Assembly: GCA_034439775.1 (NCBI GenBank)
Contig: JAWXBA010000252.1
Coordinates: 1 to 38,880 of the forward strand
Direction of reading: 5' to 3'
DNA: 38,880 nucleotides
Source of the DNA: Gemmatimonadota bacterium
GTDB taxonomy: Bacteria; Gemmatimonadota; Gemmatimonadetes; Gemmatimonadales; GWC2-71-9
Shown: positions 1-9,037 of the stretch, one piece after another
Layout of the letters: every line of letters starts with the position of its first letter
How positions within the stretch are numbered: the first letter of the stretch is position 1
The notes under the pieces: generated by a model
Database searches by the model: none
What the model was told of the DNA's origin: nothing
What the model saw: only the letters and a program-made list of their open reading frames with translations
Made by a program: the position numbers and the translations under genes

Positions 1-25
1 CCTAACGCCAGTCCCTGCCTAGGTT

Positions 26-31
26 TATCTT
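26..31 (+). promoter_or_regulatory. Candidate -10 box (TATCTT) 6 nt upstream of the hisS ATG; possible leaderless transcript
   Basis: TATCTT at 26-31, then tcaggg, then ATG at 38. No purine-rich SD lies between them. The same TAnnTT + 6-8 nt + ATG geometry is seen at ptsN, dusB and truA. Any -35 would lie at the window edge and is not convincing. Confidence 0.3.
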
Positions 32-37
32 TCAGGG

Positions 38-1375
38 ATGTCCTCCAATGCGCTGCCGGGATTCCGGGAGTTCTACCCCGACGACTTCGCGTTTCGCGCC
101 CATCTTTTTGAGGCGTTCCGCTCGGTGGCCCGCAGCTACGGGTTTGAGGAATACGACGGGCCGCCCCTGGAACCCCTTGATCTCTATACCGCCAAGAGCG
201 GCGAGGAGATCGTCGGGCAGCTCTACCACTTCGTGGACAAGGGCGATCGCGCGGTGGCGCTTCGGCCGGAGATGACGCCGACGCTGGCACGCATGGTGGC
301 GGCCCGCGCCAACGGGCTCCGCAAGCCGATCCGGTGGTTTTCCATTCCCCAGCTCTTTCGCTATGAACGCCAGCAGCGCGGGCGCCTGCGGGAACATTTC
401 CAGCTCAACTGTGACCTGATCGGTGAGGCCGGCCCCGCCGGCGATGCTGAGATCATCGCCCTGGCGATCGATATCATGCGGCGCTTGGGACTGGGATCGA
501 CCGAGGTCCGGGTCCGCCTGTCGGACCGCCGAGTGCTGAACGCCATTCTTGATTCATTGGGCTTTCCCGCGGCCAGCCACGGCGCCGCCTACCAGTTTCT
601 GGACAAGATGGGCCGCGGCAACGATGCTGCCCTGCAGGCGGTGTTGCGGGCGGCTGGCGCCACCGAGGAACAGGTCGCGGGGCTGGCCTCGCTGCGGGAC
701 ATCAAGACCGTGGACGGCCTCGCCCGGGGATTTCCTGCGGCCCTGGAAGCTTGTGGTCCGCTGCGCGAGATCGTCGACATCCTGGGCCAAATGGGGCTCG
801 CCGACTTCATCGACATTGACCTGACCATCGTGCGCGGGCTGGCTTACTACACCGGGCCAGTCTTTGAGCTGTTCGATGCCGCCCGCTCCCTCCGCGCCAT
901 CTGTGGCGGTGGTCGCTATGACAACCTGCTCGCCGCGATCGGCGGGGTGGACCTGCCCGCACTCGGCTTCGGGATGGGCGACGTCGTTCTCGGGGAACTC
1001 CTTCGCGAGCGCGGGCTCGCGCCCGCCGCGCCAGCAGCCATCGACCTTTTCGTGGCCGGTCCGGATCCCGCCGATCGCCCCACCGTCCATCGCCTGACCC
1101 ACCAGCTTCGCGACGCTGGGTGGCGGGCCGAGTTTGCGCTGACAAACCAGAACCTTGGCAAACAGTTCAAGCAGGCGGACGCCCGCGGTGCCCGGATCGT
1201 CCTCGTGGTGGGTGAGGCCGAACGCGCCCGCGGGGTGGTGCAGGTGAAGGATCTGGTCCATGGCGGCCAGTCGGAGGTTGCCGAAGGGCAACTCCAGTCG
1301 GTGCTTGAATCGATCCTGGGGGCATGCCGTCCCTCCTCCTCGTCCCCAGTTTCCGGTGCTCCGTCCCATGGCTGA
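38..1375 (+). CDS. hisS: Histidine--tRNA ligase (class II aaRS)
   Basis: 445-aa ORF starting at an ATG. HisRS-type motifs are visible: ALRPEMTPTLARM, LFRYERQQRGRLREHFQ, CGGGRYDNL. A C-terminal anticodon-binding-like region is present (IVLVVGEAE...VQVKDL). Confidence 0.95.
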   Translation: MSSNALPGFREFYPDDFAFRAHLFEAFRSVARSYGFEEYDGPPLEPLDLYTAKSGEEIVGQLYHFVDKGDRAVALRPEMTPTLARMVAARANGLRKPIRWFSIPQLFRYERQQRGRLREHFQLNCDLIGEAGPAGDAEIIALAIDIMRRLGLGSTEVRVRLSDRRVLNAILDSLGFPAASHGAAYQFLDKMGRGNDAALQAVLRAAGATEEQVAGLASLRDIKTVDGLARGFPAALEACGPLREIVDILGQMGLADFIDIDLTIVRGLAYYTGPVFELFDAARSLRAICGGGRYDNLLAAIGGVDLPALGFGMGDVVLGELLRERGLAPAAPAAIDLFVAGPDPADRPTVHRLTHQLRDAGWRAEFALTNQNLGKQFKQADARGARIVLVVGEAERARGVVQVKDLVHGGQSEVAEGQLQSVLESILGACRPSSSSPVSGAPSHG

Positions 1376-2819
1376 TTCGAAGGGTCTCACCCCACGCGCC
1401 ACCGATTTCAGCGCCTGGTACAATGAGCTGATCATGAAGGCCGAGCTGGCCGACTACAGCCCGGTCCGCGGCTGCATGGTCATTCGCCCCAACGGCTATG
1501 CCATCTGGGAAGGAATGCAGCGCGCCCTGGATGACATGTTCAAGGCGACGGGGCACCAGAACGCTTATTTCCCGCTGTTCATTCCCCAGAGTTTCCTGGC
1601 CAAGGAAGCCGAGCATGTCGAGGGGTTTGCACCGGAGACCGCGGTCGTGACCCACGGCGGCGGCAAGGAGCTCGAGGAGCCGCTGGTGGTGCGGCCGACC
1701 TCCGAAACGATCATCTATCACATGTATGCCAAATGGATCCAGAGCTACCGCGATCTGCCGGTGCTGATCAACCAGTGGGCCAATGTGGTCCGCTGGGAAC
1801 TGCGGACTCGGCTGTTCCTGCGGACCACTGAGTTCCTCTGGCAGGAGGGACACACGGCGCACGCCACCGAGGCCGATGCCGAGGCAGAGACGCTCCTGAT
1901 CCTGGGCATCTACCGCCGGTTCATGGAAGAGTGGATGGCGATGCCGGTGGTGACGGGGCTCAAGACCGACAGCGAGCGCTTTGCCGGCGCCAAGCGGACC
2001 TATTCCTGCGAAGCGATGATGCAGGACAACAAGGCGCTCCAGGCGGGGACCAGCCACAACTTGGGCCAGAACTTTGCCAAGGCGTTCGAGGTGACCTTCC
2101 AGACCGCGGAAGGGGGCCTCGAGCATGTCTGGAACACGTCGTGGGGCGTCTCCACGCGCCTGGTCGGCGGCTTGATCATGACCCATGGAGATGACGCCGG
2201 GTTGATCTGCCCGCCCCGCCTGGCACAGTGGCAGGTCGTGGTCGTGCCGATCTACAAGACCGATGCGGAACGGGCTGCCATTCTCGACGCGGCCCTCAAG
2301 ATCAGGCTTTCGCTGCAGGCGGTCGGGATCCGCTGCCATGTCGATGCCCGCGAGGGGATGAAGCCCGGGGCAAAGTACTACGACTGGGAGGGACGCGGGG
2401 TCCCGTTCCGGATCGAGATTGGCCCCCGCGACCTGGCCGGCGGCACCGTGATGGTGGCTCACCGCATGGGTGGCCCCAAGGAGTCGCTACCGGTCGAGGG
2501 ACTGGCCGCCTGGTTCCCGCTTGCGATGGATCGAATGCAGGCGGAGCTGCTCGAGGCCGCCAAGGCCCGCCGCGAAGCCGCCACCCTCCGGGGCCCCAAG
2601 TCCAAGCAGGAATTCATCGACTTCCTCGAGGGCTCGGGTGGGTTTGTCTACGCCGGGTGGTGCGGGGACCCGGCGGTGGAGGCGGAGATCAAGGAGCAGA
2701 CCAAGGCCACCATCCGGGTCATCCCGGACCAGGAGTTCCGTTCCGCCGAGGCACCGACCACCTGCATCTGGACCGGTCGGCCCGCCATGCACGAAGTGTT
2801 GTGGGCCAAGTCGTACTGA
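1368..2819 (+). CDS. proS: Proline--tRNA ligase, archaeal/eukaryote-like type
   Basis: Frame of track ORF 1260..2819. The conserved N-terminus starts at internal ATG 1368 (MADSKGLTPRATDFSAWYNELIMKAELADYSPVRGC...). That ATG overlaps the hisS stop (ATGGCTGA). The protein is ~483 aa and ends ...EVLWAKSY; a C-terminal Tyr is typical of this ProRS type. Confidence 0.93.
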   Translation: MADSKGLTPRATDFSAWYNELIMKAELADYSPVRGCMVIRPNGYAIWEGMQRALDDMFKATGHQNAYFPLFIPQSFLAKEAEHVEGFAPETAVVTHGGGKELEEPLVVRPTSETIIYHMYAKWIQSYRDLPVLINQWANVVRWELRTRLFLRTTEFLWQEGHTAHATEADAEAETLLILGIYRRFMEEWMAMPVVTGLKTDSERFAGAKRTYSCEAMMQDNKALQAGTSHNLGQNFAKAFEVTFQTAEGGLEHVWNTSWGVSTRLVGGLIMTHGDDAGLICPPRLAQWQVVVVPIYKTDAERAAILDAALKIRLSLQAVGIRCHVDAREGMKPGAKYYDWEGRGVPFRIEIGPRDLAGGTVMVAHRMGGPKESLPVEGLAAWFPLAMDRMQAELLEAAKARREAATLRGPKSKQEFIDFLEGSGGFVYAGWCGDPAVEAEIKEQTKATIRVIPDQEFRSAEAPTTCIWTGRPAMHEVLWAKSY

Positions 2820-4123
2820 CGCCAGAAGCAGTCGCGCCGTTGCTGGCCGACGCCGGACTGGCGCGGGCCGCGACGGGCGCTCTTTGTGCGGGGACGGTGA
2901 GCCTGGCCGAGATCGCCGGCGCGGTTGGTACGCCGACGTTCGTGTATCATGCCGATGTGATCGAGGCACGCTACCGGGAACTGACCGGTGCCCTCGCCGC
3001 GGTGCCGCACACCCTCTGCTATGCCATCAAGGCCAACAGCAACCTGGCCGTGCTGCGCTTCCTGGCCGGGTTGGGGGCCGGCGCGGATATCGTCTCGGTT
3101 GGCGAGCTGACCCGGGCGCTCCGGGCGGGGTTCCCGGCAGGGCAGATCGTCTTCAGCGGGGTGGGGAAGCGCGACGACGAATTGCTGGCCGCGGTCACGG
3201 CCGGCGTCGGGCAGATCAATGCCGAATCGCTCGAGGAACTGGCGCGGCTGGCCGGGATCGTGGCAAGTGCGGGCGCCTCGGCGCGAGTCGGCCTGCGGAT
3301 CAATCCCGATGTGACGACCGACACGCATCCCTATATCTCCACCGGCAAGAACGGCATCAAGTTCGGGGTGCCGGCCGACCAGGTGGTGCGGGCGGCGGCC
3401 ATGGTCGCCGCCGCGCCCGGCCTGACCCTGACCGGGGTGGCGGTTCACCTCGGGAGTCAATTGCTCTCTGCCACTCCGTACCAGGAGGCTCTCGACCGCC
3501 TGATGACGCTGCTGCCGGAGGTCCAGGCGGCCGCCAACGGCACGGTCACCTCGCTGGGACTGGGCGGAGGAATCGGGATTCGCTATACCGGGTCGGAGCA
3601 GCCGCTCGCGGTGGAGGATTTTGCCGCCGCGATTGTCCCCGGTGTGCGCGCCTCCGGCATGCGCCTGCACCTCGAGCCGGGTCGATACCTGGTGGGGAGC
3701 AGCGGGGTGCTGTTGACCCGCGTCCTGTACCGCAAGCATTCCGGCGGTCGCGACTTCATGATCGTTGACGCGGCCATGAACGACCTGGTCCGGCCGAGCC
3801 ACTATCAGGCGCACCATGCGGTCGTGGCGGTCGGGGAGGCGGGAGACCGGCGGGTGCGGGCCGATGTCGTGGGGCCGATCTGCGAAACCGGGGACTTCCT
3901 GGCCCTGGACCGCGACGTCCCCGACCTGCCTGCGGGCAGCTGCCTGGCGATCCTCGGTGCGGGGGCCTATGGATTCTCGATGAGCTCCCAGTACAACAGT
4001 CGCCCCCGGGCAGCGGAGGTGCTGGTGCACAGCGGCCGCTGGGGAATCTGCCGGCGACGCGAAACGATCGACGACCTGATGGGCGGTGAGGTGGTGTCAC
4101 CGCTGGATGGAGTGAACCCCTGA
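2801..4123 (+). CDS. lysA: Diaminopimelate decarboxylase
   Basis: Frame of track ORF 2228..4123. The homologous part begins near GTG 2801 ([11 protein letters not shown]...[15 protein letters not shown]). PLP-enzyme motifs: [40 protein letters not shown]. The upstream 190 codons overlap proS and are Arg/Gly/Pro-rich. The exact start is uncertain. Confidence 0.9.
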   Translation: MGQVVLTPEAVAPLLADAGLARAATGALCAGTVSLAEIAGAVGTPTFVYHADVIEARYRELTGALAAVPHTLCYAIKANSNLAVLRFLAGLGAGADIVSVGELTRALRAGFPAGQIVFSGVGKRDDELLAAVTAGVGQINAESLEELARLAGIVASAGASARVGLRINPDVTTDTHPYISTGKNGIKFGVPADQVVRAAAMVAAAPGLTLTGVAVHLGSQLLSATPYQEALDRLMTLLPEVQAAANGTVTSLGLGGGIGIRYTGSEQPLAVEDFAAAIVPGVRASGMRLHLEPGRYLVGSSGVLLTRVLYRKHSGGRDFMIVDAAMNDLVRPSHYQAHHAVVAVGEAGDRRVRADVVGPICETGDFLALDRDVPDLPAGSCLAILGAGAYGFSMSSQYNSRPRAAEVLVHSGRWGICRRRETIDDLMGGEVVSPLDGVNP

Positions 4124-5673
4124 TGCAGCACGACCGGATCCTGATCCTCGACTACGGCTCCCAGTTCACCCAGCTGATTGCCCGGCGGGTGCGCGAAGCG
4201 CATGTCTACTCCGAGATTCACCGTCCCGATCGCGACGCAGCGTGGGTGCGGGAGTGGGACCCCAAGGGGATCATCCTCTCCGGCGGGCCGAATTCGGTCT
4301 ATGAGAACGGTGCGCCGACCCTCGACCCAGCCATCCTCGATCTCGGCATTCCTGTCCTTGGCCTCTGCTATGGGATGCAGCTGCTGTCGCACCTGGCCGG
4401 CGGGCAGGTGGTTGCCTCGGCTCGCCGGGAGTATGGCCGAGCGCTGGTGCGGGTGCGCGGGGGCGAGCTCTTTGCCGGATTTGACGAGGGCGAGGAGACA
4501 CCGGTCTGGATGTCCCACGGCGACCATGTCGACACGGCGCCCCCCGGCTTCCGGGTGACGGCATCGAGCGACAACTCGCCGGTCTGCGCGCTGCAGCACG
4601 AGTCAAAGCCGATCCACGCGGTGCAGTTCCACCCCGAGGTGGCGCACACCGCCCGCGGGGGCGAGATCGTTGGCAATTTCCTGTTCGGGATCTGCGGCTG
4701 CACCCCCGACTGGACCGCCGGGCACTTCATCGAGGAAGAAATTGCCCGGATCCAGCAGCGCGTGGGACCCACCACCCGGGTGATCTGTGGCCTGTCGGGC
4801 GGGGTCGATTCCTCGGTGGCGGCGGCCCTGGTCCACCGCGCGGTCGGGGACCGGTTGACCTGCATCTTTGTGGATCACGGTCTCCTCAGGCTCCACGAGC
4901 GGGATCAGGTGGAGCAGACCTTTCGGCGCCACCTCGGCATTGACCTCCGGGTGGTGGACGCTCGGGCGCAGTTCCTGGACCGGTTGCGTGGCGTGGCCGA
5001 CCCGGAAGAGAAGCGCCGGCGGATCGGGCACACCTTCATCGATGTCTTCGAGGCCGAGGCCAAGTCCGTCGGCAGTGACGTCGGGTTCCTGGTGCAGGGC
5101 ACCCTCTATCCCGACGTGATCGAGTCGGTCAGCGCCACCGGGGGGCCGTCGGTCACCATCAAGACGCACCACAATGTGGGGGGCTTGCCGGAGCGGCTCC
5201 CCTTCAAATTGATCGAGCCGTTTCGAGAGCTGTTCAAGGACGAGGTCCGGGCCGCCGGGCGGGAACTGGGCCTGCCCGAGGAGATGGTGGGGCGTCATCC
5301 GTTCCCCGGCCCCGGGCTGGCCATTCGCATCCTGGGCGAGATCACGGAGCCGGCGTTGGAGGTGCTCCGCAAGGCCGACGCGATCTACATCGAGGAAATT
5401 CGTGCCGCCGGGTTGTACGATGAGATCTGGCAGGCCTTTGCGGTGCTCCTCCCCATCCGCTCGGTGGGTGTGCAGGGGGACGGCCGCAGCTACGACCAGG
5501 TGGTGGCGCTCCGCGCCGTGACCAGCCGCGATGGCATGACGGCCGATTGGTTTGCCTTCCCCCCGGGAGTGATGGCGTTGATCTCCAATCGCATTGCGAA
5601 CGAAGTCCAGGGTGTGAACCGGGTGGTGTACGATGTGAGCAGCAAGCCCCCCGCCACAATCGAGTGGGAGTGA
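4123..5673 (+). CDS. guaA: GMP synthase (glutamine-hydrolysing)
   Basis: 516 aa. GATase Cys motif GLCYGMQ, PP-loop LSGGVDSSV, and C-terminal ...PPATIEWE. The ATG overlaps the lysA TGA by 1 nt (cTGATGc). Confidence 0.97.
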   Translation: MQHDRILILDYGSQFTQLIARRVREAHVYSEIHRPDRDAAWVREWDPKGIILSGGPNSVYENGAPTLDPAILDLGIPVLGLCYGMQLLSHLAGGQVVASARREYGRALVRVRGGELFAGFDEGEETPVWMSHGDHVDTAPPGFRVTASSDNSPVCALQHESKPIHAVQFHPEVAHTARGGEIVGNFLFGICGCTPDWTAGHFIEEEIARIQQRVGPTTRVICGLSGGVDSSVAAALVHRAVGDRLTCIFVDHGLLRLHERDQVEQTFRRHLGIDLRVVDARAQFLDRLRGVADPEEKRRRIGHTFIDVFEAEAKSVGSDVGFLVQGTLYPDVIESVSATGGPSVTIKTHHNVGGLPERLPFKLIEPFRELFKDEVRAAGRELGLPEEMVGRHPFPGPGLAIRILGEITEPALEVLRKADAIYIEEIRAAGLYDEIWQAFAVLLPIRSVGVQGDGRSYDQVVALRAVTSRDGMTADWFAFPPGVMALISNRIANEVQGVNRVVYDVSSKPPATIEWE

Positions 5674-5697
5674 TCTCCATCTGAACGGGAGTGTCCG

Positions 5698-6549
5698 ATG
5701 ATTCTGGTGATTGGGGGAACGGGCAAGATCGGTGGCGAGGTGATTCGCCTGCTGGCTGGGCAGGGGCAGCAGTGTCGGGCCCTGGTGCGCGATCCATTCG
5801 CCGCCTCCCGGCTTGCCGGCCCCGGGGTTGAGCTGTGCCAGGGCGACCTGGCGCGCCCGGCGACGTTGCCCGGTGCGTTCAGCGGGATCACCCGCGTATT
5901 CCTGGTGACTTCCCCAGGACCGGAGACCGTCCACCTGCAGGGCGCGGCCATCGCAGCGGCCGCTGCCGCCGGGGTGGAGCGACTGGTCCGGATTTCCGTC
6001 GAGGGGGTGGGCACTCCGGTGGCGGCGGGCATCCTCGAATGGCACAGCACGGTGGAACGGGTGCTGGCTGATTCCGGCATTCCTGCCGTGAACCTCCGGC
6101 CGACCAGCCTGATGCAGAACCTGCTCGGCTCGGTCGAGACGATCCGCCGCGCTGGGCAGTTCTTCGGGGCACAGGGGGACGGTCGGGTGGCGTTTGTCGA
6201 TGCCCGGGATGTCGCCGCTGCCGCGGTTGGGGCGTTGATGCGGGAGAAGCACCACAGCGAGGACGTGACCCTGACCGGCCCGGCTGCCCACTCCTATGCC
6301 GACCTTGCGGGCCAGCTGAGCGAGGAGCTCGGTCGTCCGGTGGCGTATGTGGACCTGCCGCCGGATGCCTATCGTGCCGGCATGATCGCGGCCGGCCTCC
6401 CCGAGTGGTTGGCGCGGGACCTTGCCCTGCTGGAGGACGCCAGCTGCGGCACGGTCATGCCGGTTGCGGATGGGGTGGAGCGGTTGGCGGGTGTTGAGCC
6501 CCGCCCGTTCCGGGAGTTTGCGCATGACTACCGCGGGGTGTTTGGGTAG
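5698..6549 (+). CDS. NmrA-like / atypical SDR NAD(P)-binding protein
   Basis: 283 aa. N-terminal Rossmann motif MILVIGGTGKIGGEVIRLL. A GGGAG lies upstream of the ATG. The overall pattern resembles the NmrA/HSCARG family. Specific function unknown. Confidence 0.8.
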   Translation: MILVIGGTGKIGGEVIRLLAGQGQQCRALVRDPFAASRLAGPGVELCQGDLARPATLPGAFSGITRVFLVTSPGPETVHLQGAAIAAAAAAGVERLVRISVEGVGTPVAAGILEWHSTVERVLADSGIPAVNLRPTSLMQNLLGSVETIRRAGQFFGAQGDGRVAFVDARDVAAAAVGALMREKHHSEDVTLTGPAAHSYADLAGQLSEELGRPVAYVDLPPDAYRAGMIAAGLPEWLARDLALLEDASCGTVMPVADGVERLAGVEPRPFREFAHDYRGVFG

Positions 6550-6555
6550 CCGGGG

Positions 6556-7008
6556 TTAGAGGCCATATTCGTTCAGGAGCGCAAACAGTGCGGCGGGATC
6601 AGGGAGATTGGCCAGTCGGGCGGGGACCCCGGGGTGCTGGCAGAGCTGGGCCACCTTGCCGAGGATCGGCAGATACTGATTGGAGACCTCATGGGGGGGC
6701 GCCACGATGAGGAAGAAGACCCGAACCGGGGCCCTGTCCATCGCCGCGTACTCGATGCCGGCGGGGTGACGGCCGAAGGCGAGCCGCAGCCGGTGGACCA
6801 CCAATGACCGGGCGTGCGGAATCGCAATGCCCAGCCCGAACCCGGTGGAACCCAGCTGCTCGCGGCGCAGCGCCAGGTGGACCAGCGCCTCCGAGGCGCG
6901 CGGTTGGAGGCTGAGCAGGGCCACCATCTCCTGCAGCACCGCTTCCCTGGTCGAGCCTCCGAGATCCAACCGGATGGCGCTGGGTTCGAGGAAATCCTGG
7001 ATTTGCAT
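6556..7008 (-). CDS. ptsN: PTS EIIA(Ntr)-like regulatory protein (EIIA type-2 domain)
   Basis: 150 aa. EIIA-2 hallmarks: N-terminal ...FLEPSAIRLDL, phosphorylatable His context GLGIAIPHAR, and VRVFFLIVAP. No rpoN, hpf or npr neighbours are in the window. Confidence 0.8.
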   Translation of the reverse strand: MQIQDFLEPSAIRLDLGGSTREAVLQEMVALLSLQPRASEALVHLALRREQLGSTGFGLGIAIPHARSLVVHRLRLAFGRHPAGIEYAAMDRAPVRVFFLIVAPPHEVSNQYLPILGKVAQLCQHPGVPARLANLPDPAALFALLNEYGL

Positions 7009-7014
7009 CGCGGC

Positions 7015-7020
7015 AATCTA
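7015..7020 (-). promoter_or_regulatory. Candidate -10 box (TAGATT on the minus strand) 6 nt upstream of the ptsN ATG; possible leaderless transcript
   Basis: Minus strand reads GGCTAGATTGCCGCGATG. A weak -35 (TCGCAA) lies 17 nt upstream. No SD is visible. Confidence 0.3.
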
Positions 7021-7063
7021 GCCACCGGTATGGCGCGTTGCGAGGGATGAATTCCCCGTCACG

Positions 7064-7092
7064 TTGCCCCCACCCCGAGCGGCAAGTAACTT
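7064..7092 (+). promoter_or_regulatory. Candidate sigma70-type promoter of dusB (-35 TTGCCC, 17-nt spacer, -10 TAACTT), 6 nt from the ATG
   Basis: TTGCCC at 7064-7069 and TAACTT at 7087-7092, then tccccc, then ATG 7099. No SD is visible, so the geometry fits a leaderless mRNA. Confidence 0.35.
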
Positions 7093-7098
7093 TCCCCC

Positions 7099-8082
7099 AT
7101 GCGGTTACCCTATGCCCCCGAGGTGGATTGCCCCCTCATCCTGGCCCCGATGGCCGGGGTTTCCGAGGCGCCATTCCGGCAGGTGTGTCGCTCGCTGGGT
7201 GCCGATGTCCTGATGACGGAGTTCCTCTCGTCGGAGGCGATCCAGCGTGGCATTCGCCGGACGATCGAGGGGGCTGAATTCGAGGTGGTGGAGCGCCCGA
7301 TCGGGGTCCAGATCTACGGGGCCGATCCCGATGCCATGGCACGCGCCGCCGCCATTGTGACCGAGGCGTACCAGCCCGATTTCATCGATATCAATTTCGG
7401 GTGTCCCGTCAAGAAGGTGGTCCAGCGCAACGGCGGTTCGGGCTGCCTGCGCGACATGGATCTGGTGGCCAGGATCATTCGCCAGACGGCAGCTGCCAGC
7501 CACCTGCCGGTGACGGTCAAGACCCGCAGCGGGTGGAACGAGCTCTGCCGCGATCCGGTGGAGATTGCGCTCCGGATGCAGGACGCAGGTGCCCGCGCGT
7601 TCACGCTGCACGCCCGGACCCGGACCCAGATGTTTTCGGGCAAGGCCAATTGGGATGAGATCGCCGCGGTGGTCGACGCGTTGGATATTCCCGTGATCGG
7701 CAACGGGGATATCGCCAGCGGGGAAGATGCCCGCCGGATGCGAGCCCACACCGGGTGCGCCGGGTTGATGATCGGGCGGGGGAGTTTCGGCAATCCCTGG
7801 GTGTTCCGTGATGCCCGGGCCCGGCTGGCCGGCCTCGAGGCGCCGGGTCTGCCGGGGGCGGTCGACCGATTCAGCGTGGCGCTGGCGCATGCGCAGCTGG
7901 CACTTCGGCTCCAGGGTGACAGCCGCAAGACGGTGGTGGAGTTTCGGAAGCACCTGGGCTGGTACACCCGCGGGCTTCCCGGGTCCTCGGCGCTTCGGGA
8001 ACGCCTGTTCCACGTTGAGTCGATGCGGGAGGCCGAAGCGATCTTTACGCAGTACCTCGAGAACGCCGCGGTCGCGGTGTGA
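7099..8082 (+). CDS. dusB: tRNA-dihydrouridine synthase
   Basis: 327 aa. Dus family motifs: LILAPMAGVSEAPFR, IDINFGCPVKKV, and a TIM-barrel FMN-binding pattern (VTVKTRSGW, VIGNGDI). Confidence 0.9.
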   Translation: MRLPYAPEVDCPLILAPMAGVSEAPFRQVCRSLGADVLMTEFLSSEAIQRGIRRTIEGAEFEVVERPIGVQIYGADPDAMARAAAIVTEAYQPDFIDINFGCPVKKVVQRNGGSGCLRDMDLVARIIRQTAAASHLPVTVKTRSGWNELCRDPVEIALRMQDAGARAFTLHARTRTQMFSGKANWDEIAAVVDALDIPVIGNGDIASGEDARRMRAHTGCAGLMIGRGSFGNPWVFRDARARLAGLEAPGLPGAVDRFSVALAHAQLALRLQGDSRKTVVEFRKHLGWYTRGLPGSSALRERLFHVESMREAEAIFTQYLENAAVAV

Positions 8083-8113
8083 GCCCGAACCTCGCTCGCA
8101 GTGGAGCCGCCTG

Positions 8114-9037
8114 ATGCAGACCGTGGTCTTTGATGGGGGACCGGGGGGACTCCGGTGGATCGACGTGGTCGGTCCCTCCCGGACGGAACTCCTGGAACTG
8201 GCGGAGACGTACTCCCTCCATGCCACTTCCGTGACGGACTGCCTCGATCCGGAGCACCTCCCCAAGCACGAGCGCATCGACGACGTCACCTTCATCATCA
8301 TGCGGACCTGGGACGAGGCAGCGGAACCAGAAGCCGATGACCTCCAGGGGATCACCCGGAAGTTGGCGCTGTTCTACCGCCCCGACCTGGTGTTGACGAT
8401 CCATCGCAAGGACCAACCCATCCTGGCCGCGGTGCGGGAGCGGTTTGCCGCCGACACCTGCACCGACCGCTCGCTGACCGCGGTGCTCACCGAGCAGACG
8501 CTGGCGATGCTTGCGTCGTATGACCGCCCCTTGGAAGAGATGGAGCGGGCGATGGATGCGTTCGAGGCGGAGGTGTTCGACTCCACTCACGTCTCGCCCC
8601 CGTTCCGGAGAATCCACTTCCTCAAGCGCCGGGTGGCCCTGATCAAGCGCATCCTCTGGCAGTCGATGGGGGTGCTCCAGAAGACGGTCGTATCGGCGGA
8701 GCGCGCCCAGCCGTACTTCCAGGATCTCCGGGAGACCGCCGAGGGGTATCACTTCTGGGCCGATCAATTGCTGGAGGAGGCGCAGAATCTGCTCGGCGTC
8801 CACCTGGCGATGGCGTCGCACCGCAGCAACGAGGTGATGCGAGTGCTGACCGTGTTCGCCGCCTTCTTCCTGCCGCTGACGTTCATCGCCGGCGTCTATG
8901 GCATGAACTTCGCAGCCATGCCCGAGTTGCAGTGGCGCTGGGGGTATCCGCTGGTGCTGGCGCTGATGGCCGGCGTGTGCGTGGCCATTTTCGTCTGGTT
9001 CCAACGCCGGGGCTGGATCGGCCGCCCCGGCGGATGA
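8114..9037 (+). CDS. corA: CorA-family magnesium/cobalt transporter
   Basis: Frame of track ORF 7808..9037. Start taken at ATG 8114 (MQTVVFDG...), 31 nt after the dusB stop. Two C-terminal TM helices flank the YGMNF signature. Confidence 0.9.
   Translation: MQTVVFDGGPGGLRWIDVVGPSRTELLELAETYSLHATSVTDCLDPEHLPKHERIDDVTFIIMRTWDEAAEPEADDLQGITRKLALFYRPDLVLTIHRKDQPILAAVRERFAADTCTDRSLTAVLTEQTLAMLASYDRPLEEMERAMDAFEAEVFDSTHVSPPFRRIHFLKRRVALIKRILWQSMGVLQKTVVSAERAQPYFQDLRETAEGYHFWADQLLEEAQNLLGVHLAMASHRSNEVMRVLTVFAAFFLPLTFIAGVYGMNFAAMPELQWRWGYPLVLALMAGVCVAIFVWFQRRGWIGRPGG

Noticed and set aside
2228-2800. In-frame upstream extensions of track ORFs. Examples: lysA from 2228, proS from 1260, corA from 7808, GGDEF from 8932, TPR from 10976, ppdK to 17077, purQ to 21796, purS to 22443, HD-GYP from 30465, dehydrogenase from 36133.
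   Set aside because: The extensions overlap the preceding conserved gene and are compositionally biased. Homology-like sequence begins at an internal start, usually one that abuts or overlaps the upstream stop codon.
4603-6525. 640-aa minus-strand ORF opposite guaA and the NmrA-like gene. A 582-aa minus ORF at 30432-32180 and a 393-aa minus ORF at 31966-33147 lie opposite the HD-GYP and MCP genes.
   Set aside because: Same reasoning: low-complexity Arg/Pro/Gly composition, no motifs, and they span two real genes on the other strand.
8083-8113. Mg2+-sensing leader (M-box) upstream of corA.
   Set aside because: Only 31 nt separate dusB and corA, far too short for an M-box.
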